Positions 34,365 through 42,241 of a stretch of 50,296 nucleotides of DNA are shown one piece after another (within the stretch, counting starts at the first letter, position 1; every line of letters starts with the position of its first letter). Under the pieces are notes generated by a model that saw nothing but the letters and a program-made list of their open reading frames with translations, did no database searches and was not told where the DNA came from. Where the stretch lies: the NCBI GenBank assembly GCA_038228785.1, contig JBBROZ010000001.1, positions 1 through 50,296 on the forward strand, written 5' to 3'. The stretch comes from Patescibacteria group bacterium (lineage in GTDB: Bacteria > Patescibacteriota > Microgenomatia > Woykebacterales > JBBROZ01). Made by a program: the position numbers and the translations under genes.

Positions 34365-34412
34365 GTATAACGCACTCGCAACATCGATCGATAGATCGGT
34401 GGAGACGAGGGC

Positions 34413-34985
34413 TTACTGTTTTAGATGCGCCGTATCGTTTAGCTCAATCAAGCGAAACAAATCGGCGCCGTCGTATTCTAACACTGATAGGGAAGCTAAA
34501 TCGACTTGCATCCGAATAATCGAATCAACGTCCGCTTTGAGCGCCTGGCCGATGATGGCCCGAATGATATTGCCGTGACACACCACCGCGATCGTTTCCC
34601 CCTGGTGTTTGGCCGCGACTTCCTCCAAAAATGTGATCGCCCGCTGACTGGATTGCTCCAGATCTTTAACGGCCTGATCGTAAACCAGGTCGCTGCGCTC
34701 AAAGGTCATGATATCTTGAGGCTTAACAAAAAACCCGAGCTCGTTTAGCACTGGACTCACTTCGATCGGCAGGTGCAGGTGGTCGGCAATGATCTGTCCG
34801 CTCATCCGGGCCCGCTTAAGCTGTGAGGTGATGACGACTTTGATCGGCTGATCCTTGAGACGCTCGGCCAACTGCTCGATCTGGGCTTGGCCCAATTGGT
34901 CCAACGGTTCGTCAGGACCCAGTCCGCGGTTAGGATCTTCCATATTACGAAAATGGCCGTGGCGGATGAGGTAGAGCTTGGTCAT
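34413..34985 (-). CDS. Histidine phosphatase family protein (phosphoglycerate mutase-like)
   Basis: The N-terminal LIRHG catalytic motif and a downstream CHGN His are present. The product is 190 aa. Confidence 0.85.
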   Translation of the reverse strand: MTKLYLIRHGHFRNMEDPNRGLGPDEPLDQLGQAQIEQLAERLKDQPIKVVITSQLKRARMSGQIIADHLHLPIEVSPVLNELGFFVKPQDIMTFERSDLVYDQAVKDLEQSSQRAITFLEEVAAKHQGETIAVVCHGNIIRAIIGQALKADVDSIIRMQVDLASLSVLEYDGADLFRLIELNDTAHLKQ

Positions 34986-36004
34986 CTCGTTAATCTTAAA
35001 TCTTGGAGTTCTTTTATTCCAGCCAGTGATGCCCCCAGGAAGTATTCCTGGTGGCTGTGCTGGTTGTTAGACAGCGGGGTCTTAAGAGTCCAGGCGATCT
35101 GTTTCCAGAGCCAAAAGCTAGTCAGATCCATCACTAACCGGACTTCGCCCTCAGTCAGCTTACTGCGTCTCTGGTAGCCTTCCAGCAGGGGAAGAGCGGC
35201 CTCGGTCAGGGTATCCCGGATAGTTTGAGCATGCCAGTACTTGAATTGGGCCAGACAAATCGCGAGGTCTAAAAGTTTGGGAGCGTGCATGAGGTTATCA
35301 AAATCGAATATTCCAGATATTGCCCCCTCGTCAAATTTGATATTACCGGGGTGAAAATCCCCGTGGATGATCGAGACGGCGCGCAAACTCTCCCCGGCTC
35401 GCCGATCTAGACCCAGCAGGTATTCGCGGTCAGTTCGCCACAACTTTTGCAGCTCTTCGGGCGTGGTAACTTTAGGGTAAACCCACTCCCCCTGGATCCG
35501 GGAATTGATTTTAGTCGCCAGGCGTAGTGTCTCAAATTTCAGGCGAAAGTATTTCTTGATGTGATCAGCCTGAAAATCTTGGAGGGCTCGGTGCATCTGA
35601 GAGAGGGCCTGACCCATTTGGCGGATTTCTTCCGGGGTCGGGTATGGTTTCATGGCTCCAGTTACGAAGCTAAATAACGCCATATCTAAATTTTTGCCAC
35701 CCAATTGGGATTTGGTAATGTAGCTGCCCGAGCTATTTTTGAAGGCGTGGGCGACTGGTAAACCTTTGGCCGATAAATGACTGATGACCCCTATCTCAAG
35801 GGCGATATCTTGGTGGGTCCTGACGCCATATTTGTAAATCCGCAGGATAAATTCCCCGGTCCCGGTTTTCAGATGATTATTAATATTGGTCCAACCGCCT
35901 AGAAAAGGATTCCAAGAAACGATATGTCCCTGACCATAGCGGTCAAGGACACCTTGCAGGAACTCCAGGCTGAGCTTAGGACCGACCTCATCGGCGAAAT
36001 GCAT
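34982..36004 (-). CDS. APH/choline-kinase-fold phosphotransferase (homoserine kinase type II-like)
   Basis: The Brenner-type motif is IHGDFHPGNI, followed by GIFDFDN. It overlaps the phosphatase gene by 4 nt. Confidence 0.8.
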   Translation of the reverse strand: MHFADEVGPKLSLEFLQGVLDRYGQGHIVSWNPFLGGWTNINNHLKTGTGEFILRIYKYGVRTHQDIALEIGVISHLSAKGLPVAHAFKNSSGSYITKSQLGGKNLDMALFSFVTGAMKPYPTPEEIRQMGQALSQMHRALQDFQADHIKKYFRLKFETLRLATKINSRIQGEWVYPKVTTPEELQKLWRTDREYLLGLDRRAGESLRAVSIIHGDFHPGNIKFDEGAISGIFDFDNLMHAPKLLDLAICLAQFKYWHAQTIRDTLTEAALPLLEGYQRRSKLTEGEVRLVMDLTSFWLWKQIAWTLKTPLSNNQHSHQEYFLGASLAGIKELQDLRLTR

Positions 36005-36017
36005 CTTTACCTCACTT

Positions 36018-36107
36018 TGGCGGAGAGAGAGGGATTCGAACCCCCGAGGGCCTTGCGGCCCTAACGGTTTTCAAGACCGTCGCCTTCAACCACTCGGCCA
36101 TCTCTCC
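36018..36107 (-). tRNA. tRNA-Ser(TGA)
   Basis: Type II tRNA with acceptor GGAGAGA, anticodon loop CTTGAAA, a long variable arm and an encoded CCA. Confidence 0.9.
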
Positions 36108-36113
36108 AAAATT

Positions 36114-36203
36114 TGGCGGAAGAGGTGGGATTCGAACCCACGATGGCATTGCTGCCATACCGGTTTTCGAGACCAGCGCCTTCAACCACTCGGCCACCCT
36201 TCC
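36114..36203 (-). tRNA. tRNA-Ser(CGA)
   Basis: Type II tRNA with acceptor GGAAGGG, anticodon loop CTCGAAA, a long variable arm and an encoded CCA. Confidence 0.9.
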
Positions 36204-36257
36204 ACAAAAATTCTTCGGGATCCACGGATCCCTCGTGCATTTAGCTTACGCCAAAAG

Positions 36258-36333
36258 TGGCACGCCCGAGAGGACTCGAACCTCCGACCTCCAGGTCCGC
36301 AACCTGGCGTTCTAACCACTGAACTACGGGCGC
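36258..36333 (-). tRNA. tRNA-Arg(GCG)
   Basis: Hand-folded as GCGCCCG-TA-GTTC-AGTGGTTA-GAAC-G-CCAGG-TTGCGGA-CCTGG-AGGTC-GGAGG-TTCGAGT-CCTCT-CGGGCGT-G-CCA. Confidence 0.85.
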
Positions 36334-36426
36334 TCGAACTCGAGCGTCCGCAAGCCCACATCCCTGGATGTGGGGTTACAGGCGCACGCGTCGGGATTTT
36401 AACATTTATACCTGGTAAAAGAAAGT

Positions 36427-36948
36427 TTAACGAAGCGAGGGGGGAAGTTTGGCCGTAACCCAATCAACAGTCTGATCCATCCAGGAAGTTGGGGCGACTT
36501 CACGAAACGGTAAGTATTCAACCAGGATATCTTTGACCTTTTCCCGGTCCATAAACGGGACCAAAACGAGCAATCGGGCCGGAAACCTGATCTTAGTCCC
36601 GACATTGAGCACGGTTTCGCCGTATTTTTCGCTAAACCAGAAGTCGTTTAGCTCGTTCCAAAGATAGCTCCTGTTACCAGTCGTAATACCCTGAGTGGTT
36701 ATTTTGTGATCCATCTTATCCGGCTCCACTGTGCCCAGGACGTAGCTAACAAAAAGTAGGGCTAGAAGCACGCCAATCAGGAGAAACTCTTGGACAAACA
36801 GTAAAATCGCCGCCAATACGAAGATGATGATAGCTAAATTGGTGAAGTATTTGGCGTCACGCCTCTTGAATGGCCGACTGGCCGATTCCCACTCGAGCAG
36901 TGTTTTGACTTCTTTGGGAGAGTCGGTTGGGGTTTTGTCCTCGGGCAT
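36427..36948 (-). CDS. Two-TM membrane protein with PH-like C-terminal domain, unknown family
   Basis: The 173-aa product has two adjacent hydrophobic helices after a charged N-terminus. No catalytic motif was found. Confidence 0.5.
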   Translation of the reverse strand: MPEDKTPTDSPKEVKTLLEWESASRPFKRRDAKYFTNLAIIIFVLAAILLFVQEFLLIGVLLALLFVSYVLGTVEPDKMDHKITTQGITTGNRSYLWNELNDFWFSEKYGETVLNVGTKIRFPARLLVLVPFMDREKVKDILVEYLPFREVAPTSWMDQTVDWVTAKLPPSLR

Positions 36949-36970
36949 AAGGCAATATTAACAAAAAAAG

Positions 36971-37064
36971 TGGCGGAGGGTACAGGATTCGAACCTGTGC
37001 GGCGGGTATTAGCCACCAACGGTTTAGCAAACCGTCGCCATAGACCAGACTCGGCCAACCCTCC
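36971..37064 (-). tRNA. tRNA-Ser(GCT)
   Basis: Type II tRNA of 94 nt with acceptor GGAGGGT, anticodon loop TTGCTAA, a long variable arm and an encoded CCA. Confidence 0.88.
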
Positions 37065-37264
37065 CAACTAAGGACCACGTGAGGTTAATTTTGAAAGGAA
37101 AAAGAGTTCTCCTTCCACATCATCCTCTTCATGTGACTGCCTGTTTTCAGTCGCTAATTGAAACAGCGCTTTATGACCTTGTTAGGTGATTTGGCGCTAA
37201 CTGTTAGCTAAACAGGTTTAGCTGGGCTAATATAGCCGATTTGAACCCAAAAATCCAGCTAAAC

Positions 37265-37933
37265 CTATCCATGAGCAAGAGACAGCGCCCAGACTTCGGT
37301 GGCACCGACTCTTTTTAGAACTTTGGCACATTCTTTGACGGTTGCGCCGGTCGTGATGACGTCATCAACTAGCAATATTTTAGAGTTTTTGACGCTACCT
37401 GGGCGCATGATTTTAAACGCTCCCCGGACATTATCCAAGCGCTCCTGCTTCGATAATTCTACCTGCGAACTTGTCTTGCTTGGTCGGTACAAAATATCAC
37501 CCTCGTACACTAAACCTAACCGACCAGACAGGCCCTTGGCCAGCAGCTCAGATTGGTTAAATCCGCGTCCTAATTCCCGGCTGAAATGAAGCGGTTCTGC
37601 CACCACCACAAAACCCTTTAAGTCGTAGTTTTCCAAACGGCTTACTACCAACTCAACTAGCAAACCAGTCTCGCTAGTTAACCGTTTGTACTTGAGTCCT
37701 TGAACCAATTTACGGATCGGCCCACGGTAATGAGCCAAAAGAAGCGCTCGGTCTAGTCCCCACTTACCCAAGCACGCGGGATGGGTGTAACCGCCAATCG
37801 CCCGCTTACCGCACATCAGGCACTTGGCCTCGTTGTGCCATGGTATGAGCTCCCTACAAGCCAGGCAGAGGTAGTTTCCACCCTGACCGCAGGACAGGCA
37901 CTTCTTAGGATAAAGCAGGTCTAGTAGACCCAT
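37265..37933 (-). CDS. comF: ComF-family protein (phosphoribosyltransferase domain with N-terminal zinc finger)
   Basis: N-terminal CxxC pairs are CLSCGQ...CLAC and CLMCGK. The PRTase motif is ILLVDDVITTGAT. Confidence 0.85.
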   Translation of the reverse strand: MGLLDLLYPKKCLSCGQGGNYLCLACRELIPWHNEAKCLMCGKRAIGGYTHPACLGKWGLDRALLLAHYRGPIRKLVQGLKYKRLTSETGLLVELVVSRLENYDLKGFVVVAEPLHFSRELGRGFNQSELLAKGLSGRLGLVYEGDILYRPSKTSSQVELSKQERLDNVRGAFKIMRPGSVKNSKILLVDDVITTGATVKECAKVLKRVGATEVWALSLAHG

Positions 37934-37946
37934 AGGTAAATTAAAC

Positions 37947-37990
37947 CATGAAAAAACCCGGCGAGCTGTAAAGCTTCCAAACCGGGCGGG
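37947..37990 (-). terminator. Intrinsic terminator, repeat copy A
   Basis: Minus strand reads CCCGGT-TTGGA-AGCT-TTAC-AGCT-CG-CCGGG followed by TTTTTT. It lies downstream of the Zn-ribbon gene. Confidence 0.65.
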
Positions 37991-38063
37991 GAGAGTTTAA
38001 CTGACAAAAACCTTTTACAGGCCTCTCCGATTAAATTCCGCAGAATCTAACCTGTCGTTTCTG

Positions 38064-38297
38064 CTAGATAGCGATCTGGTAGTCATCGTCCATGTCTACT
38101 TCGATCTCGGCTATGATCTCGTCGCTGCGGCCAGGGATCCAGGTCAGACCTGTCTCCACTTCAACCCACATCCACCAACCGCATCCGTTGCAAACGGCCG
38201 ATAGGATCTTGTAACTCTGCACCTCGTCACGACGATCGATATCGAGGTCGCTGCTACCACAGTTGTGGCAGGTGGGAATGACTTTCTTTTCGGGCAT
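38064..38297 (-). CDS. Small zinc-ribbon protein with acidic tail
   Basis: Carries CHNCGS...CNGCGW (two CxxC pairs). The start is set at ATG 38297, preceded by GGAGG. The track ORF starts 4 codons earlier. Confidence 0.55.
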   Translation of the reverse strand: MPEKKVIPTCHNCGSSDLDIDRRDEVQSYKILSAVCNGCGWWMWVEVETGLTWIPGRSDEIIAEIEVDMDDDYQIAI

Positions 38298-38386
38298 GCC
38301 AACCTCCAACGCGTAATTTGGTCTCGCTGAAAGCCAGTATTATGTCCCATAGTTTATCACTACCTGGGTTAAAGTCAAGCATATAG

Positions 38387-38430
38387 CATGAAAAAACCTG
38401 GTGAGCTGTAAAGCTTCCAAACCGGGGCGA
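38387..38430 (-). terminator. Intrinsic terminator, repeat copy B
   Basis: 38387-38426 matches 37947-37986 at 38 of 40 positions. It has the same hairpin (one C.A mismatch) plus TTTTTT, and lies downstream of the 38608-38979 gene. Confidence 0.6.
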
Positions 38431-38512
38431 TTTATTTAAAGAGTTCAAAGAGGTTTTCCTTGAGCTTTCCCTTAAATTAACAACTTTTGTTTGCTAGCTT
38501 AAGGGAAGAGGG

Positions 38513-38535
38513 CAAAAGCAGTCGGCTTTTGTTTT
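38513..38535 (+). terminator. Orphan plus-strand intrinsic terminator
   Basis: CAAAAGC-AGTCG-GCTTTTG is followed by TTTT on the plus strand only. No plus-strand ORF lies upstream. Confidence 0.45.
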
Positions 38536-38607
38536 AGCTAAACCTGTTGATCATTCGATCAAAGGTCCCCTCGATAGTTTTTAGGCTACCAGCTAAATTT
38601 GTGAGAT

Positions 38608-38979
38608 CTACGAAGCGCGGCTCATCTGGATGATGGTGCTCCTGTTTCCCGCCTTGGCTAGCATCTCTTCGATCTTGAGGACCGCCGAGGTGAAACCGTA
38701 GACGCAGGCCCAGGCCAGAAAGGAGTCGTGGATCGAGATCAGAGAGACGATGGCGAGGAATGCGGCCAGCTGGTGAATGACGTCGAAACTGCGAGTCACC
38801 CGCTCCTGCCTGGACACTCCTCGAGGACCGAGCGCGATGCGAAAGTTGTCCGCCATTTTCTTGGCCTTATGCCAACCGTAGTAGGCCAGCTTGAGACCGA
38901 AGAACGCGCCGATCGCCAGAGCGCCATACAGCACCGCTGCGATCAGGTACAGTCCGAAATCGCCGAGGAACTCGAACAC
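38608..38979 (-). CDS. Hypothetical membrane protein
   Basis: GTG start with AAGGAG 8 nt upstream. The 123-aa product has three hydrophobic segments and belongs to no recognised family. Confidence 0.5.
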   Translation of the reverse strand: MFEFLGDFGLYLIAAVLYGALAIGAFFGLKLAYYGWHKAKKMADNFRIALGPRGVSRQERVTRSFDVIHQLAAFLAIVSLISIHDSFLAWACVYGFTSAVLKIEEMLAKAGNRSTIIQMSRAS

Positions 38980-39041
38980 CTAGTAGTCTCCTTCTTCCGA
39001 CCTGGTACATTTTTGTTTCGCGATCCAGGTTAGAGGCCTAT

Positions 39042-39070
39042 AATATATCATATTTATGCCTAAATGTCAA
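39042..39070 (-). promoter_or_regulatory. Candidate promoter of the 38979 gene
   Basis: Minus strand reads TTGACA (39070-39065), a 17-nt spacer, then TATATT (39047-39042). Confidence 0.5.
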
Positions 39071-39106
39071 GTACTATGGGTCTCATATCTCCTGATTTGA
39101 AGACAC

Positions 39107-39129
39107 GAAAAAACCGCCTTTAAAGCGGT
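39107..39129 (-). terminator. Terminator after tmRNA
   Basis: Minus strand reads ACCGC-TTTAAAG-GCGGT followed by TTTTTTCG, 9 nt after the tmRNA CCA. Confidence 0.5.
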
Positions 39130-39137
39130 CGTTTCGA

Positions 39138-39524
39138 TGGTGGAGATGCCGGGTATTGAGCCCGGGTCCGAAGATGCATTATTAAATGGTCTACAAGCTT
39201 AGAATCTTGATTAGATTCGCTCGCGGATGAATCCAAGATTCAAAATTACCCGTGAGCTGAGGTTAGATAATTTAAGATAATCCAGACTAACCAGCGCTGG
39301 AAAATGCTACCTGACTTGGGTTACACCGGCCGGTCTCCATCAGGTGAGAGGGCCTACTCGGTGCCAGCCTTACGCGAAAGCGAGAGCTGGAGCCAGAGAC
39401 ACGAAGTCTCTAACTTTAGCCGTTATATTGGCATTTAAAATTCGAGCCGGAAATTTTACGACTTACGGTTCCTGGTCGGCTTGCTCATTTAAAAGTGCTG
39501 ACTCCGTCGAATCAATACATCCCC
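39138..39524 (-). ncRNA. ssrA: tmRNA (SsrA), one-piece
   Basis: The 5' end is GGGGATGTATTGATTCGACGGAG. The 3' tRNA-like end is GGACCCGGGCTCAATACCCGGCATCTCCACCA. The tag frame from GCC 39432 to TAA 39370 encodes ANITAKVRDFVSLAPALAFA. It lies directly downstream of smpB. Confidence 0.92.
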
Positions 39525-39585
39525 ACGAATGTTTCAGAAGAAACCAAGGTTTCCTCTGTGCTCCTTCCTGAACTCAGGAGAGGGG

Positions 39586-40056
39586 CTACTTGGTAGCAGA
39601 ATCCTGCTGGAAAGCTAGTTTGTCCCCTCTTAGGGCTTGCTCAGCCTCAAGCTTTATTTCCCGATCCTTGAGAGCTTTGCGCTTGTCAAACTGGCGCTTA
39701 CCTTTGGCTAGGGCGATCTCGACCTTGGCCAAACCGCGCCGATTATATACTCGAACGGGCACCAAGGTCAAGTTGGTACCGCTCGTTTTGCCGACTAGAG
39801 CAGCCAGTTGGCTCCGGTGCAAGAGCAGTTTCCGCGGCCGCCTGGGGTCATAGCCAGGCGAGGGCTGAAAAGCCGGGATGAAAGAGTTAATGAGAAATGC
39901 TTCCGCTCCCCGAATATGGACGAACGCTTCCGCCAGACTCATCCGACCAGATCTGAGGGACTTGATCTCGGTCCCGGTCAGAGCGATACCGGCCTCGAGC
40001 TTGTCTTCTAAGGAGTATTTGAAACTGGCCTTCCGATTAAAGAAATTAAAACCCAT
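39586..40056 (-). CDS. smpB: SsrA-binding protein SmpB
   Basis: The 156-aa product has the typical motifs GIALTGTEIKSLR and LLLHRSQ plus a basic C-tail. Confidence 0.93.
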   Translation of the reverse strand: MGFNFFNRKASFKYSLEDKLEAGIALTGTEIKSLRSGRMSLAEAFVHIRGAEAFLINSFIPAFQPSPGYDPRRPRKLLLHRSQLAALVGKTSGTNLTLVPVRVYNRRGLAKVEIALAKGKRQFDKRKALKDREIKLEAEQALRGDKLAFQQDSATK

Positions 40057-40092
40057 GAGGCTACTATATCAGAGGAAACCGCGTCTTGCTGG

Positions 40093-42210
40093 TTAACGCA
40101 GTTCCAGGAGGTAAATGATCTTATCGGCTAGAACGTAGGCTTTCTTGCCGGCCTCGTCAACAATCAGGCTGGTGGCGGTCTGAAATTTGTCTGAAGTGTA
40201 TTGAGCTTGGTAAGCCCCGTTCTTATCCGTCACGACGACCCGTCCGGGCTCGAGGAGATAAACGCTCGTGGTATCGACTGTGGTAAAAACTGCTTTGACA
40301 TTACTAAGAGCTGGGAAGACGTCTTGGGTCAGGAAGCTGTCTCGTTTGCCGGAGGCGAAACGCAGTAGATCACCAGCTTGTCCGACCCAGACATTGCCGT
40401 CGACCTGGATACTTGAGGCTGATGACAGGACCGCATCTTCTTTGAGCCACTGGGTCGACGGGCCAAACTGGGCGGCGCTGATCGGAGAGTAGCGCCAGAT
40501 CTGGTTTTTACCCGCGTCCAGGAGATAAACATTGCCATTATAGCTAGTGAGATCGGCTATCCGGCCCCAAGCGGAATCAAGTTTGCTGGTTTGCGAGAGT
40601 TTTTTGGCTTTGAGGTCGTAACCAAAAACCCCCTGACCAGCCACGAAGCTAAACAAGTTGGTTCCGTTAAGAGCCAGACTCTGACCTTTGGATAAAGACA
40701 AATCGGAGCTTAGGACGACGCCTTTGCGGTCAGCGGTGGAGAGTTGGTAGAGCCCGCCGGTTGGGTCGAGCACATACAAGACCCCTTTGTCCCCCGCCAG
40801 ATCCGCCCCACTGGCCCCGGCTTTCAGGATCGTCAGATCATAAAAGGTTGCCGGATCGACCTTGTAAACCAGATTAACGGTTTGCAGGAGGGCGGCGATT
40901 TTGGCCTGCAGATCCTTGACCTTACTATCATCAATGTGCAGATCCCCGGCGTCTTTGAGATTGGTCGTGGCGGTTACCAAAAGATCTTTGGCATGAGCTC
41001 GGTTGAGGCTAGCGGAGGTTTCGGCCTCGTCGTATTCGGCCTGGGCGCTCTTGACCAGATTATCAAAGCGGAGTCTCTTACTCGAATCGCCTTTAAAGAG
41101 ACTATTTATTCCAATACTGGCCAAAAGAATTATCAGTAGCGCCCCGGCTAGGATAATGAGCGTCCGGCGATTCTTAGCCTCAGTCGCCCCCTCAACGGCG
41201 GTCCTAGGACTACCAAGGGCTTTCCAAGCATGGCCAAATAACTTTTTCGCGTGTTTACCCACTCCGCTACCCCGAACTACCCGGTAAGCTTGGGCCCCGA
41301 AGACTACGGCTAAGGACATAATCTTCTTGCCCCAGGCTTGCAGGTTATCTGAGAATTTGCCAACGTCTTTGGAGACTTGCGCCGAGAGTTCGGCTACGAC
41401 CGGTTCGGGCTCTTTCACCTCAGCGGGAGCTTCAACCACGTCCTCTTTAGTCACTTCTGGCGCAACCTCTTCTTTTTCCGTGATTACAGGCTCAGCCAAT
41501 ACGACCGCGTCCTCGGCCGGGGAGGGAATTCCTTCCACCCCTAAGCTCAGAACTAAGGCCGCAGCCTCCGGCTCGTCAGCATATTTATCTTTGAGTTTGC
41601 CAGCAACGTAGTCCCCTGGCCCATTTTCCAGGACCCGGGAAAGCTCTTCGGCGGGAATGATGTCAAAGAATTTCGGTGTTCCCAGGATGATCTTGTCGCC
41701 CACTTCCAAGAGTCCCGAAGCCACCCTGATATCAGGCTTATCCCCGACCGCTAGATCCCCATCTTCAGCTCCGGTCCGGTGCCCAATCAGCTTGAGCTCC
41801 CCACCACGTCTAATGACCGCCCGTGACTCGCCCAGCTGGGCCAGGTAAAAAACCGAGCCCCATAAAACGCCGACTACCAGATTGAAATCGACCGCTTCTT
41901 CTTCGCCTTGTCCCGAAAAAACAAGCGTTATCAGACGCTGATGGGCCGAGGTTACAGCTCGTTCGAGAGCAGGCAGGATCCCGCCGGTGGTTTGGGCGTA
42001 ATAATCTTCTTGTAAGGCTGAGAGAACTTGGTCTCCAGCCAATGCTGAGTCGAATTTGGGTGAAGCGGTAATGGAGATGGCCGCGACCAAGACGCCACGT
42101 GACGCTTTTTCGGATTGGGAAGGGGGCGCGAATTCAAAGGCCGTCGACCAGTGACCCTCTTTGGAGTCGGTGGTAACTTTGCCGGTTTGATAAGTCAAAT
42201 CTTTGGTCAA
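40093..42210 (-). CDS. Large single-TM protein: cytoplasmic PP2C-like (apparently non-catalytic) N-domain, acidic linker, extracytoplasmic beta-propeller-like C-domain
   Basis: The 705-aa product has a TM helix at LIILAGALLIILLASIGI. The C-terminal ~300 aa carry repeated YxLD/VYLLD-type strand motifs. The domain calls are tentative. Confidence 0.5.
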   Translation of the reverse strand: MTKDLTYQTGKVTTDSKEGHWSTAFEFAPPSQSEKASRGVLVAAISITASPKFDSALAGDQVLSALQEDYYAQTTGGILPALERAVTSAHQRLITLVFSGQGEEEAVDFNLVVGVLWGSVFYLAQLGESRAVIRRGGELKLIGHRTGAEDGDLAVGDKPDIRVASGLLEVGDKIILGTPKFFDIIPAEELSRVLENGPGDYVAGKLKDKYADEPEAAALVLSLGVEGIPSPAEDAVVLAEPVITEKEEVAPEVTKEDVVEAPAEVKEPEPVVAELSAQVSKDVGKFSDNLQAWGKKIMSLAVVFGAQAYRVVRGSGVGKHAKKLFGHAWKALGSPRTAVEGATEAKNRRTLIILAGALLIILLASIGINSLFKGDSSKRLRFDNLVKSAQAEYDEAETSASLNRAHAKDLLVTATTNLKDAGDLHIDDSKVKDLQAKIAALLQTVNLVYKVDPATFYDLTILKAGASGADLAGDKGVLYVLDPTGGLYQLSTADRKGVVLSSDLSLSKGQSLALNGTNLFSFVAGQGVFGYDLKAKKLSQTSKLDSAWGRIADLTSYNGNVYLLDAGKNQIWRYSPISAAQFGPSTQWLKEDAVLSSASSIQVDGNVWVGQAGDLLRFASGKRDSFLTQDVFPALSNVKAVFTTVDTTSVYLLEPGRVVVTDKNGAYQAQYTSDKFQTATSLIVDEAGKKAYVLADKIIYLLELR

Positions 42211-42241
42211 TTATTTCCCTCAGGTTGTTAAATAAATTTTA

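Noticed and set aside
33892-34519. Plus-strand ORFs 33892-34338 and 34007-34519
   Set aside because: They run antisense through the cupin gene, two tRNA genes and the phosphatase gene. Their sequence composition is low-complexity.
36012-36605. Minus-strand ORFs 36012-36197, 36182-36463 and 36399-36605
   Set aside because: They are translations of the tandem tRNA-Ser/tRNA-Arg genes and their spacer. The repeated MAEWLKA peptide simply reflects the tRNA-Ser duplication.
37211-38548. 13-nt inverted match AACAGGTTTAGCT (37211-37223) / AGCTAAACCTGTT (38536-38548) and repeated AGCTAAAC octamers flanking comF and the Zn-ribbon gene
   Set aside because: Tens of 13-mer matches are expected by chance in 50 kb on both strands. 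No extended similarity surrounds the matches. The local palindrome AGCTAAAC-AG-GTTTAGCT (37206-37223) alone is not enough to call an element.
39344-39571. 75-aa plus-strand ORF
   Set aside because: It lies antisense within the tmRNA gene.
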